Shown in pieces: positions 40,030-53,863 of a stretch of 64,000 bases of DNA; position 1 is the first letter of the stretch, and each line of letters begins with the position of its first letter. The notes under the pieces were generated by a model that saw nothing but the letters and a program-made list of their open reading frames with translations, ran no database searches and was not told the DNA's origin. The stretch comes from Octopus bimaculoides (Eukaryota). The position numbers were made by a program, and so were the translations under genes. The stretch spans positions 1,896,547-1,960,546 of the forward strand of contig NC_068992.1 in assembly GCF_001194135.2 (NCBI RefSeq), in the 5' to 3' direction.

Positions 40030-40650
40030 GTTCCCTTTACGAAGAAGTCCAATATCCGGCATGCCGTTGTTTCATTGTCCGGTATAAGAAATAAATTCCA
40101 GAGGCTCGGAACTTCTGTATTTGTATCATCTTTCAGGATTTTAGTTACGTGTTGCTCTGTAAGGAGTTGAGGATGCAACCTGGAGGGGTTTCTCTTCAGT
40201 GTGTGAACTGGATGAATTTGGTAACGACTTCTCCATTGGATGAATCTTAATAACGACTTCTCACTGGAGGATGTTTTCGACGCTTCAGTTCATTAAAGTT
40301 CTTAGGTAAAGAGTTGTACCTCTGTATTTATGGATATCGTCCACATAAGAACGGTTAATATTTAGGAGGAACATTTTGGAATGCATAAACGAACTCTGTA
40401 CAATATAAGTGATAATGGGAAAGATTTCTATCAATGCTGGCACCAACTAGTCTTGTGAGAAGCTAGAATATCAAGAAGGTTTCGGAGTTGAACATACTTT
40501 TGTATTGTAAAATATGTCACCATTTCCAGGATATTTCACTAACTACTATTTGATTCTGGCTTGCATCAGTTTTTGCATATCAATCTGAATATGCTAAAGT
40601 TTGCATTATTGGGAAAAGATATTCTTGTTTGTTTCTGAAATATAATATTT
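40030..40650 (-). mobile_element. possible CR1/L2-like LINE 3' relic
   Basis: residual RG-QLF-LPKN-like motif near 40300-40330 on the minus strand; very decayed. Confidence 0.3.
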
Positions 40651-41598
40651 TCTTAAAGCCAGGCAAAATCCATAAATCGTTTTTAAGGTTCGACGTGTGA
40701 TCCCAATACACATAATCCTGTTGAAATATATAACTTGCTAAAAATAAGCTAAGGCCATCGTTCTATGCTATTATAGTAATATATAATGATAGCTATATAT
40801 TCAGTTCATGAAAAGTTGGTTTATCATGCACAAACTTCTTATTTTTAACGAAAATAACATTTCACTGGGTTTCACTGTCGCACTCAACAGTGTTTACAAA
40901 ATGTTATCCATACCTTGGAGCATCAATTAAAGAGTTATTTTCCTGTCTATAAATAAATGCATTTTTGTAAAATTTCTTTGAGCACCTTTAGGCAGATATA
41001 TGTAGCAACATTATCTCCTACGTGTTTTATTTTCCTTCATCTTTCAAAGTCTCCTCACTTTCTTTCAAATGATATCCAAACTTGAATTTTCTTTACAGTA
41101 GATTTAACCTTCAGCACGTTATTACTCATAATATCTATTTCTTTCGTTTTATGATGTTCTGTTTGGCATGCATTGCTTTTCGATTCAATCCGGCTCAAAC
41201 ACTGTAGTGGATTTTCGTTCTCTTACTGATCCCTTATGATGTTTTCTGCAACTATCCACTTTCAGATAAATCTGTGAACTTTCCAACTGAAACATTTCCA
41301 TTTTCATTTTAAGTTTATTCTGCTATACTAATTCCTTTCTTAAGACATGAAAATAATTTTCAATCTTATTCAGAGAGTTCTTTCTCGAAGACAATGAGCT
41401 TCTCTGATACTTTCCAAACTCATTATCGTTTTATCGGGCTGAGGTGCCTTCTTTCAGAATAAATATGGAGAAAAAAAACAGATTTTCGCTCTTGTGTTAT
41501 TGACAATACATCGATATATTCCACAAACACAATGATTGCTATCAGCGTATATATATTTATTTATATTTATATTCCATCTGCATGTATGTTCGTGTCTG

Positions 41599-41631
<33 letters not shown>

Positions 41632-41691
41632 TGTATGTATGTATGTATGTATGTATGTATGTATGTATGCATGTATGTATGTATGTGTCTG

Positions 41692-41728
<37 letters not shown>

Positions 41729-42038
41729 GTCTAAATACGCAAAGCTCTAAACTAATTTCAATTTAATAAAGCTTGAATAGTTGTAGTGGCCTTTGTTCAA
41801 GATTTATTTTTAGACTTCATGGAATTTCTAACAATTTGGAGGACTGAAACTGTTACATGTTAAACGAATAATCTGATAGCATGCTGGAAGTTTCTGATAC
41901 ACGCGAAACATCTGTTATTCTTAAACAGTAATCTTTTTTTTTTGCGTGTCTAAGTAAGTGTGTGAGTGTAGGTGTGTGTATGTGTGTGCATGCGTATGTA
42001 TGTGTATGTGTGCGCGTGTGTGTGTATGTATGTGTGAG

Positions 42039-42072
<34 letters not shown>

Positions 42073-42949
42073 NNNNNNNNNNNNNNNNNNNNNNNNNNNN
42101 NNNNNNNNNNNNNNNNNNNNNNNNNNNNNNNNNNNNNNNNNNNNNNNNNNNNNNNNNNNNNNNNNNNNNNNNNNNNNNNNNNNNNNNNNNNNNNNNNNNN
42201 NNNNNNNNNNNNNNNNNNNNNNNNNNNNNNNNNNNNNNNNNNNNNNNNNNNNNNNNNNNNNNNNNNNNNNNNNNNTGTGTGTGTGTGTGTGTGTGTGTAA
42301 TTGATATTGCTCTATAATAAATTTACTGTTTTAAAAGCTAGAAAAACATTTGGCTTTGATAACTGAATGAAAATTCAATTCCAGGCGTTTTTTTATATCA
42401 TAACTTGAAGTGATATAATTAAATACTGTTATGCATTTACATTAATTCGACACCCTCTCATGATTGCCCTTCGTTAAACATAAATAATGGTAATAATAAA
42501 GATAATAATAAGAACAACAACAACAACAACGACGACGACGACGACGTTGGCAATAGAATCCTAGTACAGAATCGAACCTGGCAAACGCCATAGAGAAAAA
42601 TATTCATCATTTATTGATGCAGAAATGCATATTACCAATCACATAATTTTAAAAAAACTCATAGGTGCGAGATAGCAATGGTTGTCTCAGCCATGGCTAC
42701 CAGCGATTGCCAGAGCAGTGTAAGATGAAGATATACGTTTTCAAAGAAGGGGAAACGGAACAAGGAATGTGAAAAGGTCGAAGGAATTATCAAGAGGAAA
42801 GAAGTAATTGTAAGACTGAAAATAAATTTTATTGCAAAGAGGAAAAGAATATTGAAGAAGAGGAAAAGAGCTTATTGAAACACTTCAGTGTTTCAATGTG
42901 ACAAGAAATAGTGATTGAAAGAAATGTCAGCTTAGAGAGGAATTAAAAC

Positions 42950-44900
42950 TGAAAAGCTACGAAAAGCGGCAAAGAACGTGGATAAATATTTGCGAAATCA
43001 AAGTGGAGGCTCTAACAGATGTAAATAACATTATATATTACGAAACCCCTGTTGCTATAGTGATTCTTTGAGTTAAAAGAGAAAGAGAAAAAATTAACGA
43101 ATAGACATCGCGAAAAGCTAAGAATGAAGTTAAACTGCTCAATAAAGAATTTGGAAGAATAAATTGAAAAGTTGTCGGTAAATGAAGAACATAAAGACGA
43201 GCTTCATGTATAGCGAGAAATACATAAGGTTAAAGGCTGCTAAAGAAGATGTAATACAACTAGTTAAAGCAAAATCAGGTAAAAATACTAGATACCAACA
43301 AAAGATAAATCAGTGTTACAAAACAGACAGCGCAGCAACAATGGAAGAAAGCCTGACCATGTGTTGAACAGTGAGAAGAAACATCAGATGAATGATGTGA
43401 GACATTATGAAGCAGTAAGGTATTGTGGGTTAAGTGTTTAGAGCGAAAAGTCTCAATAAACCAGCCAAATAGATTGGTTGACTGAGTGTGAATGTGAAAA
43501 CGAAAATAGATCAAAGAGAATAGCTGTATGAGAAAGGAAAAGATTAAAAAAGACACCTAAGAAATATCAAACTGGGATGCTCTTGGAATGGATGGTGTTT
43601 AGGGAATCGATCTTAAAATTCTCAGAAGTGTATGCATTGACATACAGCAGTTTTGTGTTTATTGTTTCAATAAGAATGAGAAAAAGAAGAAGGTTTGTAA
43701 AAAAAATTATAGTCCCAATACTTATTAACTATTGCTATGGAAATTAGTTACTGGCCTCATGACAAATGAATCGTCAAACTTTCTGAAGACGAAAAGAGAT
43801 GTGAAAGAAATCAGGCAGGTTAGTGATCCTTTCAATATCGCGAGAATGATATTAAGTTCGCATAAGAAAGCGTAACTCAGATTAATATTTTTTAACCTCT
43901 GTTACATTTTGTGAAAGCATTACTTATTGCGACCAGAATATCGAGATCTGCTTTTGATCTTTCCATAGATTACCAGAATGAAGTGAAAAGAAATCTTCAA
44001 TTTATGGATGACCTCAAGCTGTACGCCAAAAATGAAATATATCCTCATTCTCTTCTGCAATCGCTACACGTATTTAGCAAGCTTGCATAAAGTCGTTCGT
44101 TTTGTTGTGAAGGATAGTGAAATATTAATTTTGAGGAGAAGTTCAAATAATATCTTCAGTTCAATGAAGAGATAACTAGTAATCTGCTGAGGGGGATGAA
44201 GTAATGGAAAGTGCAATGAAAAAGTGTGTAAAGAGGGCAAAGAAAAGACTGAGGAAGCTTTTTTGAAACGAAACTAAACTGAAAGATACTGAAGACCATC
44301 AATACTTGAGCCCTGTCGGGGTTCAGGTATTCTGTTCATTTTTGAAAACGGACAAAGTCACAAGTATATGGATTCAATACAAAAGCTACGATAAATGGCG
44401 CAAACCCTGCTAAAATTGATATCTACAGGCTCCATTGAACAAGAATCGGAAATTATGTTCGCTTCCTTTCCCGGACCAGCTCTATATGTGATAGAAGCGA
44501 TCCATCATGATTCCACTATTCAGCAGTGTTCGTGCACCGTACGGGTGCATAGTGAACGGTTTCATCGCTCTGCGCACATCTCGGATAGGTGCATGCGACG
44601 GCACTACCACGCCAGTAAAGTATATACGGAACCGGCATTTTCCCCGAGTAACACTGCCATTATCAAGGATTTCTGGAAATTATCCATGTAATAAAACATA
44701 AAATACTCCGGAAAAGACCAGACCTGGTGGCATTTATGGTGTAAAGCACCCTGTGTCAGTCTAGGCTTGCTCCAAGATTGCAGCTCTATCAAAGAGGCAG
44801 GCTGTTCAAAAGTGTGATCAAATAAGGTGACTACATCTTCCCGTCGTAAACGAAGCTCTAATATCCGACAATTAATACACTACCTTACTTGATAACATAA
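42950..44900 (+). pseudogene. decayed R4/Dong-like non-LTR retrotransposon (RT + RLE)
   Basis: NWDALGMDGV (~43570), FMDDLKLYAKNE (44001-44036), RLRKL..TKLN-like (~44243), MRRHYHA/VKYI (~44590), KRPDLVAF (~44712). Confidence 0.75.
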
Positions 44901-45763
44901 ACTATGCAGAAACGAAGGACTGGACTGTCTCAACTGTCGCTGGCCTTGATCTTACATCTACTCGATTAGGTTTGTCCTGTGGCTAAGTAGCAATGATGTT
45001 AACTAAATAATTATGAGCGTTGCACTGAGACAGTGTCACCAGTTTACATGGTATTGTTATAGGCAACAGAATTGGATGTTCCTCTCATTATGGCAAATGG
45101 AAATGAATTAAAGGCCAATGAAACTCTTAGAATAATTAGAATTTATTTCTACACAACTATGCAGATGGACATTTTAAAATAGTCAGACATATTTTGTGGA
45201 AGCGAGTGGCGTTTGAACTTGGAACATAAAAGAAGAGACTCTAAGGCGTTTCTGTTAGCACACAATAATTTATGTTACTCCGGTGTCTTTGGATTAATAA
45301 ATAATAAATTTAAAGACAATATAAAAGTATAAATTGCATCAAGAATATTTTTTGTGAAAGATAACAGATATTATCTGCAGAGAAAACTGAAAGAAAAAGC
45401 AGCTGTTTTATTAAGATTTTAAAATTTCATTGTTGAGTCAGTTGCTTTTTATTTTTTACTGCGAAACTCGACAGACGAAAAATAAGAGGAAGGATATAGA
45501 AGTTCAAATGTACACAAACAGAAACTACAATTATACGTACATGCATATATAAACTGTATGTATGTCTGTATATATCTATCTCTATATATATACACACATA
45601 TAGACATACATGCATACATACAGGTATGTATGTGTGTGTGAATGTGTGCGTGTGTGTATGTTGGTTTTTGTTTCGTCTTTTGTCCTCGTGGCCTTCTTCC
45701 ATATGACCTCATCAACTGAGCTGATTAAAGATACTTCTGGCAACATCATCATCAGCATCATCA

Positions 45764-45821
<58 letters not shown>

Positions 45822-46027
45822 TATTATTATTATTGAGCATTACTTCACATACAACTATGTCATAAGTGCCCAAACACATATTGCTCCAATTTAACTTAAT
45901 GCTCCGTTGTTGAGTATTTTGCTGTGATGGGGTAATCAAAGATATTAGTGTGATCCTTTCGTTTTGCGGTTCTATGCTTGTTTTTTTTTTTCTTGCTTTT
46001 TAGTAGAAAAGAAAAGATAGGTGCAAG

Positions 46028-46182
46028 AATGGCTATGTGGTATGTAGCTTGCTTACCAACCGTATGGTTCAGAGTTCAGTCCCACTGCGTGGCACCTTCG
46101 TCAACTGTTTTCTATCATATTCTCGGGCCGACCAAAGCCTTGTGAGTGGATTTTGTAGACGGAAACTGAAAGAAGCCCGTAG

Positions 46183-46230
<48 letters not shown>

Positions 46231-46535
46231 NNNNNNNNNNNNNNNNNNNNNNNNNNNNNNNNNNNNNNNNNNNNNNNNNNNNNNNNNNNNNNNNNNNNNN
46301 NNNNNATATATATATATGTATATATACGCTTGTGTGTCTGTGTTTGTACCCTCATCATCACTTGACAACAGATGTTGATGTGCTTAAGTCCCAATAAACT
46401 AGCGGTTCAGTAAAAGAGACCGATAGAATAAGTACTAGGCATACAAAGAATAAGTCCTGTAGTCGATTTGGTCGAGTAAAGGCGATGATCCAGCATGGCC
46501 GCAGTCAAATGTCTGAAACAAATAAAACAATACAT
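46028..46535 (+). mobile_element. SINE family D, near full length with internal microsatellite and gap
   Basis: head ggctatgtggtatgtagcttgcttaccaacc..gagttcagtccc, (CA)n/(AT)n middle, tail gagaccgatagaataagtactagg..cagcatggccgcagtc. Confidence 0.9.
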
Positions 46536-47194
46536 GAATAGTGAATGAAACGCAGATGTGAGACATGGACAGATTATAAGCACACCTCCAGCTTCTAAAT
46601 GACATTTCTCTCCTCTGATTAAATGGTGGAAACTAAATATCACTACTGACAACACAATCGACAAGATCAGTACTAACCACAACAGCAAGAAGAAGAACAA
46701 CAGCAGCAGCACCAGCAGAAATATGAAGAATAAGAGAAACAACAATTTTACTACAAGCCTCACCTGTAACAGCGGCGTTGAAATACACACAAACAAACAA
46801 CAGCCATTATTCCGAAACCAGCAACAAACGACAGAATCAGCTCTGCCATCATGTCCGTGATTAAAAAAGCAACAGTTTTACCACTACAGTTGACGCCAAC
46901 ATCACCACCATCAGAAATAAGGTAATGTCCATCTCCAAAGCAACTCAGCAGTCTTGTTAAAGTTATAAAAGAAATAGTTTATTGAGCAAAAGCGTAAGGA
47001 CTGGCTTTGACGACCTGACATGTTCAATTTGCCAGAGTCAGAAATAGAAAACTAGCGAATCATTCAGTACATGTGTGAACAACGAAGGCAGATATTCTGA
47101 CAATTTTATTTGAAAGCAAACAAATATATTTGAAGAAAATGTTGAGCTTCGTATATAACGCGTTAGAAAAGGAATGTACCAGGGGAATAGAATC

Positions 47195-47382
47195 GCGGTG
47201 AAATGCATAGCGGTATTTCGAGTGTAGTTACGTTCTGAGTTCAAGTTCCGCCGAGGTAGACTTTGTTTTCATTCTTTTGGGGGTCTATAAATTAAAGTTC
47301 AGTTGCGTACAGGGGTCGATCTAATTGACTGGCCCCCTCCTCCAAAATTTTGGGCCCTGTGCCTAGAGTTGAGAAGAATATA
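47195..47382 (+). mobile_element. SINE family A
   Basis: direct similarity to other family A copies. Confidence 0.85.
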
Positions 47383-47559
47383 AGAATGGAATGATCATTT
47401 GCTTCAATGAAGAAAATACAAATAAATGACCCTAGAAATATGCTTCTCTAAGCATACCTTATTACCAGTATCTTACCGGAGACAAGGATTATCCAAAATA
47501 GCACCCAAATGTGTCATATAAAGCGGATAACATTCTTTTATAACAATATTTAGGGCATT

Positions 47560-47815
47560 CAGCTCATGATGGTAGGTCGTGATTTCGAATCCTGGCGGTA
47601 CGCTGTGTCGATGGTCGAGACACTGTACTTCGCCAGTCAGCTGACAAAAGTGGGTAGTACCTTTATTTATATTCGGTCAATTAGAATTTCCCCTGAGAAG
47701 TGCATTAAGAGTACGCGTGAAATACTCTGCCGCTTGCACGTTAGTTTTTCGAGCTGGCTGTTCGGTTGATCGGATCAACTGGAAAATTCGTCATCGCAGC
47801 AAACGGAATGCCACG
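47560..47815 (+). mobile_element. SINE family B, degraded
   Basis: ttgcacgttagtttttcgagctggctgttcggttgatcggatcaactgg matches the reverse complement of 63390-63440. Confidence 0.7.
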
Positions 47816-47883
47816 CATTCTTCTACCGACAAAGGATGTATCTGTTCATAATAATATTATTATTATTATATGCCCACGGGTAT

Positions 47884-48120
47884 ATGGCGTAGTAGTTAAG
47901 GGCACGGGCTACTAACCCCAAGATTCCGAGTTCGATTCCAACAGTGACCTGAATAACAATAACAACAATAATAATGATATTAATAATAATAATAAAATAA
48001 TATCATCTAAAAATACCTTAGGAATGAGAATCCTGGCTGGAGGGTATATCAGCCGAAACATTGTGCTAACAACAATCAAGATAAGGACAAGTATTCGTCA
48101 AATGTAAATAATGTAAATAT
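47884..48120 (+). mobile_element. SINE family C, near full length; hammerhead core deleted
   Basis: A box tggcgtagtagtt, B box gagttcgattcc, (TAA)n, ggctggagggtatatcagccgaaacattgtg, tail ..tcaaatgtaaataatgta. Confidence 0.85.
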
Positions 48121-48928
48121 TGTTTTATATCCCTATACGGCTAATGGTAAAGTTGTAACAAATTTTGATAACCTGTACTATATCCTTATTTTCGTATTTT
48201 CTTAAGTCCATGATAACCTCATCGAAATACGAAAGGTGTCGTACAGAAATATAAATTTTTAAAATCATGTAACATTAATGTATATCCAAATTAATTTAAA
48301 TTAATTATCGGTTAATTGTCTTACGTAGAATAGGTGGCCTTCACTTTTGTCTGGCAAAGAACATGCTGTGTGTAATGTAGATTGTTATCTTTTCGGTTCC
48401 ACTGATAAGGTGTTCCATATGTGCACCGTAGCACGATGATATTATGGACAATACCAATAGTATCGCTACAATCGATTATGTCATTGCCGATTTCATTCCA
48501 TAAAGAAGGCATTCGATGCGACGACGAGCAGTATAATGCATACACACACGCACAGGCATACACACACACACACACACAAATACACACACCCACACACACA
48601 ACGCACACGTACATACGTACATACATACAGGTTGCTGTATGTTTGACATCAGTAACCTATCTTCCCCGAAGGCGGTAAGAGACTCAAGGGAGATGGTATA
48701 ATGGATCTGCTATTAATGCCACTCTGTACCAGTCACCTATGTTAACGATGTCTTTAAAAGCAGGATTAACGATCTCAGCAGAAAGGATTTTCACTCAAGT
48801 TACAGTAGGTTGTAATTTCAGAAGAGCATTTGGGTTTCGTATTTATCGAGTTATATAATTTTATAAACGTCATTAATTGTTGATGATTATAATCATTGTG
48901 GAAATGGCAGAGGAAGTCAGAGAGAATA

Positions 48929-48983
<55 letters not shown>

Positions 48984-49789
48984 AAGAAAGAATGGGAGAG
49001 AGAGAAAGATGAAATTTATGAATCAATTCCAAAATGAAGTTTATGTATTGATTTCTTTCCCGGCAGATAAAACAGATTTTATAGGAAAGTAGAGGATAGT
49101 CAATTGATTCGACCCCTGTATGTTATTGATATTGATTCTAATGAATGTGCTGAGATTAAAGGTGAGGCGGAATCCCAAAGCTAAATAGGTGAGACTAGAT
49201 AGCGTAATAGACTCTAAAATATGATCGCTACACTAGCATAAGCATTCAAAATGATAATCTTCACAATCTACAAACGATCAGTTAAAAACTGGGTATGTAT
49301 ATAGATTAGAGGTGGCATGACCCACAGATAAAGTATATCAAATGGATCGTTAGCAAAAATTCAATATAAGCGTTTCTTAGTGTTTCTAGACCCGAAATTA
49401 TATTTTACATTGCTTCAAATGATTGAATTCTTTGTAGTTGTTTAACAACAGCTTCTTAATATAGCAACACAAGATCAAAAGCCTTCATGTGTTAACAATT
49501 CTGTCTTTTTCCCAGTTATAGAACACAACGAATAATTTATTTAGTGAGCTGTTTCATTAAGATAGCAGTGTCAAATTGTTTGCTTTTTTTTTTTTTCAAG
49601 CTAATCAAATACGTTGTCTCCCTGAAATTTATTGGTTTGTTCTAATAATCTTTTCATAACGAACCTATTCTTTTGTTCTTTTATTCGTGTCAGCTATGCC
49701 ACTCTGGTCATGCTGGAGCACCACCGTGATATCTGAATGAATCATTGAAAGCTGAGGTCCTTTGCTTTGTTTATATCAGTTGTCTTTTA

Positions 49790-49915
49790 TTTGTTACTTC
49801 TTTCAGTGGTTAGATCACGGCCATGCTGGAGCAACGCCTTTAGTCGAACAAATCGATCCCAAGACTTACTCTTTGTAATCCTAGTACATATTCTATCGTT
49901 CTCTTTTGCCGCAAT

Positions 49916-49956
<41 letters not shown>

Positions 49957-50060
49957 CGACGAGTTTCTTTGAGTTTCCGTCTACCAAATCCACTCACAAG
50001 GATTTGGTCGGCCCGAGGCTATAGTAGAAAACACATGTCCAAGGTGCCACGCAGTGGCAC
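49790..50060 (-). mobile_element. SINE family D with internal (AT)n
   Basis: reverse complement of 46028-46535 with an internal deletion. Confidence 0.85.
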
Positions 50061-50352
50061 TGTCCTGTAGTCTGGTGGTGGTAGAAAATTGTCATAACAA
50101 GAAGTAATCTTCTGACTTCAGAAGACAATGAGGATAGTTTTATTCGCAGCTAAACCATTTCATTTGACTTGAATTTTATGCTCAAAATTTCCTTTATTCA
50201 ATACAAAATTACGAACCGAATTGTTATTCTGCATTTTGTTCCGCACACAAGAAGTGATTTAGATTTGCTCTACCAAAGGATGAGGTTGTCATTAATTGAT
50301 AAAGTAATGCTATCACTTACTGTGGTCAACACTCATTAAAGATTTTAAGATG

Positions 50353-50570
50353 TCGAGCTTTGCAGAATCGTAAGCACGCTAGGCAAAATGCTTAACGGCA
50401 TTTTGTCCGTCTTTACCTTCCGCGTTTAAATTCCACCGAGAACGACATTGCCTTTCATCCTATTGGGTTCGGTAAAATAAGTGCCAATTAAGTACTGGGA
50501 TCGATGAAATCGATTGACCCCCTTTCTCCGAAATTGCTGGCTTTATGCCAAAATATGAAATCAATAATTA
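50353..50570 (+). mobile_element. SINE family A
   Basis: direct similarity to other family A copies. Confidence 0.75.
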
Positions 50571-51452
50571 GTAAAGAGTTGACTAAGAATTCTAAGTGGA
50601 GACAGTAGAACGTTAGTATTTTATATAATGAGCACAGGAACAACTCCAGCTCAATAGAAGGTTTATAGGCACAAACACCACCCCTACAATTATTTACTCG
50701 TTAAACAGTAGCAAAGACAGTGGTGCTATCACTCGTGTATATCGTGTCCGTTTAATTTTAAACGGTAGAATGGTGCGTAAATATTAAAACCAGTAAAGCA
50801 TCATTGTAAAAGTAAAATACTTATTTATTTATCACTTAACACTTGTTACAGATTTATGACTTAACACTTGTTACAAATTTCAAAATATACCGAATCAACA
50901 TCACCTGATCAATAGATGCCCTGACTGAAACCCACCAAGTGGCAAGTACTCAGGTCAGGTCCTTTTTCGAAGGAGTCTATAAGGTGTTGGTAAAGGGTCT
51001 AAGAGCTGAGTTGCGCTCTCAACCCTTGATATAGCATTAAACATATATTCGGTATCGGAAATGCAAAGATCTAGATTTTCTCGTCAGTATTCGCCTTCTT
51101 TTGATGAGAATGTCCAGATATATTGTAAAGTCTATATTTTTGACTATGAAAAATGAGATCTGAGAAACAGAAGCATGAATCTGACTGGTAATATATCGAA
51201 ATACATTAATGTAATAAACAAGCTGTGTGTGTATGTGTTCGTTCGTGTGTGTGTGACATGATATGATATGATACGATATGATATGCATGTGTGTGTATGC
51301 TCGCAAACGCGTGTGATGCCCTCGCCCCATCCTAAGTATTAGGGTTCAGTTTGTTATTTACGATAAGGTCCGTAAAATTGAATACACAACGAGGACAAAG
51401 GTATATGTAACCATGTATTCATTCATTCATATAGATAGAGATAGATAGATAA

Positions 51453-51483
<31 letters not shown>

Positions 51484-51724
51484 CATACATACATACATAC
51501 ATACATACGTACATACATACCTATATATCGATATATATACAGAATATATATATGCATATATATACATAAAGACATATATATCTTACATACATATATATGT
51601 ATAAATTTATATATCTATATACATATACATATATATATATACATACCTACAAACACACGAGTATATACATATATATATACATGTATATATATACATTTAT
51701 ATATATATATAAATATGTATATAC

Positions 51725-51834
<110 letters not shown>

Positions 51835-52439
51835 TCACACACACATATGTATAAGAAGAAAAGAAAACGCCCGTTAGATTTTTATATCATAAATGACATA
51901 ATCTCATGTGTGTCCATATGTGTACGTACACCCAATCGCACACGCATACATACAACCTCTATTCAAATGCAAGAATATTCCTGTATGTCTATAAATACAC
52001 GAACATAACCCAGAAATTTCCTTTCAATCTAAAGTGACGTTATCGTATTGTCAGTTGTCTGCTTGATATAAAAATGTGAAGAGGCGCTGGCCAAACCCTA
52101 CAAATCTGTTGGAACCACAAAACCACGAAATCTGCTCGCCCACCTCGTAGAATCTATATCTGTCAGTTTACCGTCAATTCAAACTTTATCTTGCATCATC
52201 TGACATCGCAGCTGCATTTTATCTGTTGAGCCAACGTCAGACTACTTCTCCATGGTTCCACTATAAACAAAAAGGCTGTGTTGAGAAGAGCCGTCCATTT
52301 GATGCAAACGATAATGTTGAGGAGGCAGAGGAGGGGAGAAGGAGCAGAAGAGGAGGGGGAATGGGAAGCGGGGTGTAGGAAGTGAGAGGAGGTTGATGAA
52401 AGGAACGCAAGTGAAAGAAGTGCTTGGTTGCCCACAAGT

Positions 52440-52517
52440 TAGAAGAAGAAGAAGAAGAAGAAGAAGAAAAAGAAGAAGAAGAAGAAGATGAAGAAGAAGA
52501 AGAAGAAGAAGAAGAAT

Positions 52518-52552
<35 letters not shown>

Positions 52553-52570
52553 GAAGACAATGATGATGAT
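52440..52570. repeat. (GAA)n-(CAA)n-(GAT)n compound microsatellite
   Basis: direct reading. Confidence 0.95.
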
Positions 52571-53044
52571 GCAAGGAACTAATGAAGATAACTAAATTTG
52601 ATGCTGTTACGTCGACAGAAGACCTCAGCTTCAAGATGTGGAGATGAATGTTTATCATATTTATTCATTGTTCAAATATATGAATTAGGTAAATCAATTG
52701 ATGCATTTGCTGCGACCGAGAATCGAACTCTCAGGCTTGGTATTTTGCTGTCTTCTTCCTTTTCCTCACACATCTGCAAAATCGTGCATTCATTAGACTA
52801 CACAAATGTCTTTATTTTATTATTTTTTTTACCGGTTCCTTAAATATTTACCAATAATGTGTATTATTACACACATCTCCAAAATATTTACAGAGACCAA
52901 ACAGTGGCTTACTTAAGTTGTTTATCGATCACGTGATCGACCAGACTATCGGATTTTGTTATATATCGCTGGTCACAATACGCTTTGCATCGATTCAGAT
53001 TTCAAATGATGCCACCCCGCCGGCTCGGTGAGCAGGCTAATATT

Positions 53045-53222
53045 ACTCCTTCTCGGAAGTCGAATCCGTCGCAGGTTTACCTATTTGCACCTGAATGGAC
53101 TGGAGGCAGGCGAAATGAAATATCTTGCTCAACAACACAACGTGTCACTCGGTTCAGAAATCGAACCCACGATCTAGTGATCGTGAGTGCCAACACGTCT
53201 AACCACAAGGCCACGCACCTTT
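53045..53222 (-). mobile_element. SINE family B-like head + CORE-like domain
   Basis: tcttgctcaacaacacaacg..atcgaacccacgatc..aaccacaaggccacgcacct. Confidence 0.7.
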
Positions 53223-53574
53223 ACATAGTTTGTTCATGGATGTTGAATGTGACTTTGGTGACCAACACTGAGGAAGAAAGCCTCTACAGTCAACAATAAC
53301 AGAAATAACAATAATACAGTTCTATGCACGAAGAGATATTGATAAATCGGGTATAGCTTATAATGTATGGAAAAATGGAGACCACCACCTCAAGTGGGAT
53401 TAAGTTAAAATAATAGACACATCTGGAAAATACGAAAACTAAGAGAAGCAGCACATATGCTATGACACAACAACCTCCTAAGCAGACTGAGAGCAGATAT
53501 GAACAGCATATGGGAACCAGTATTAAGGAAGGATAGGAAAATATTTGATTTATAAAACCTAAAAATTCACAGCA

Positions 53575-53765
53575 TAATTGCTACAAACCCCAAGATACCG
53601 AGATCGATCCCAAGCAGTAACCTAAATAATAATAACATCGAAAAATACCTAAGGTTCGAAATTTCCCCAAGACACCTGATGATGGCTGGAGGGTATATCA
53701 GCCGAAACATTGCGTTAACAACAAACAAGATGAGGACAAATATCCGTCAATGGTAAATAATGTAG
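53575..53765 (+). mobile_element. SINE family C with complete hammerhead layout (53671-53716)
   Basis: GACAC-CUGAUGA-U-GGCUG(gaggguauau)CAGCC-GAAAC-AUU-GCGUU, preceded by the family C head remnant and (TAA)n. Confidence 0.8.
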
Positions 53766-53863
53766 AAATAACAGTGATTCACATGAGCTCAGCACCACAG
53801 CAGGTTTCGAACCAAGAACGTAAACTCCTCAAAAAGCATCTAATAATATTTTCGTCCTTTCAA

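Noticed and set aside
40205-40270. Short direct repeats with spacers (also 38066-38103, 50832-50878)
   Set aside because: Only about two units in a eukaryotic context; local slippage duplications, not a CRISPR array.
47884-47945. tRNA gene-like sequence (also 5964-6035, 32590-32645, 61783-61855)
   Set aside because: A/B boxes are present but there is no acceptor stem, and each continues into a repeated SINE body.
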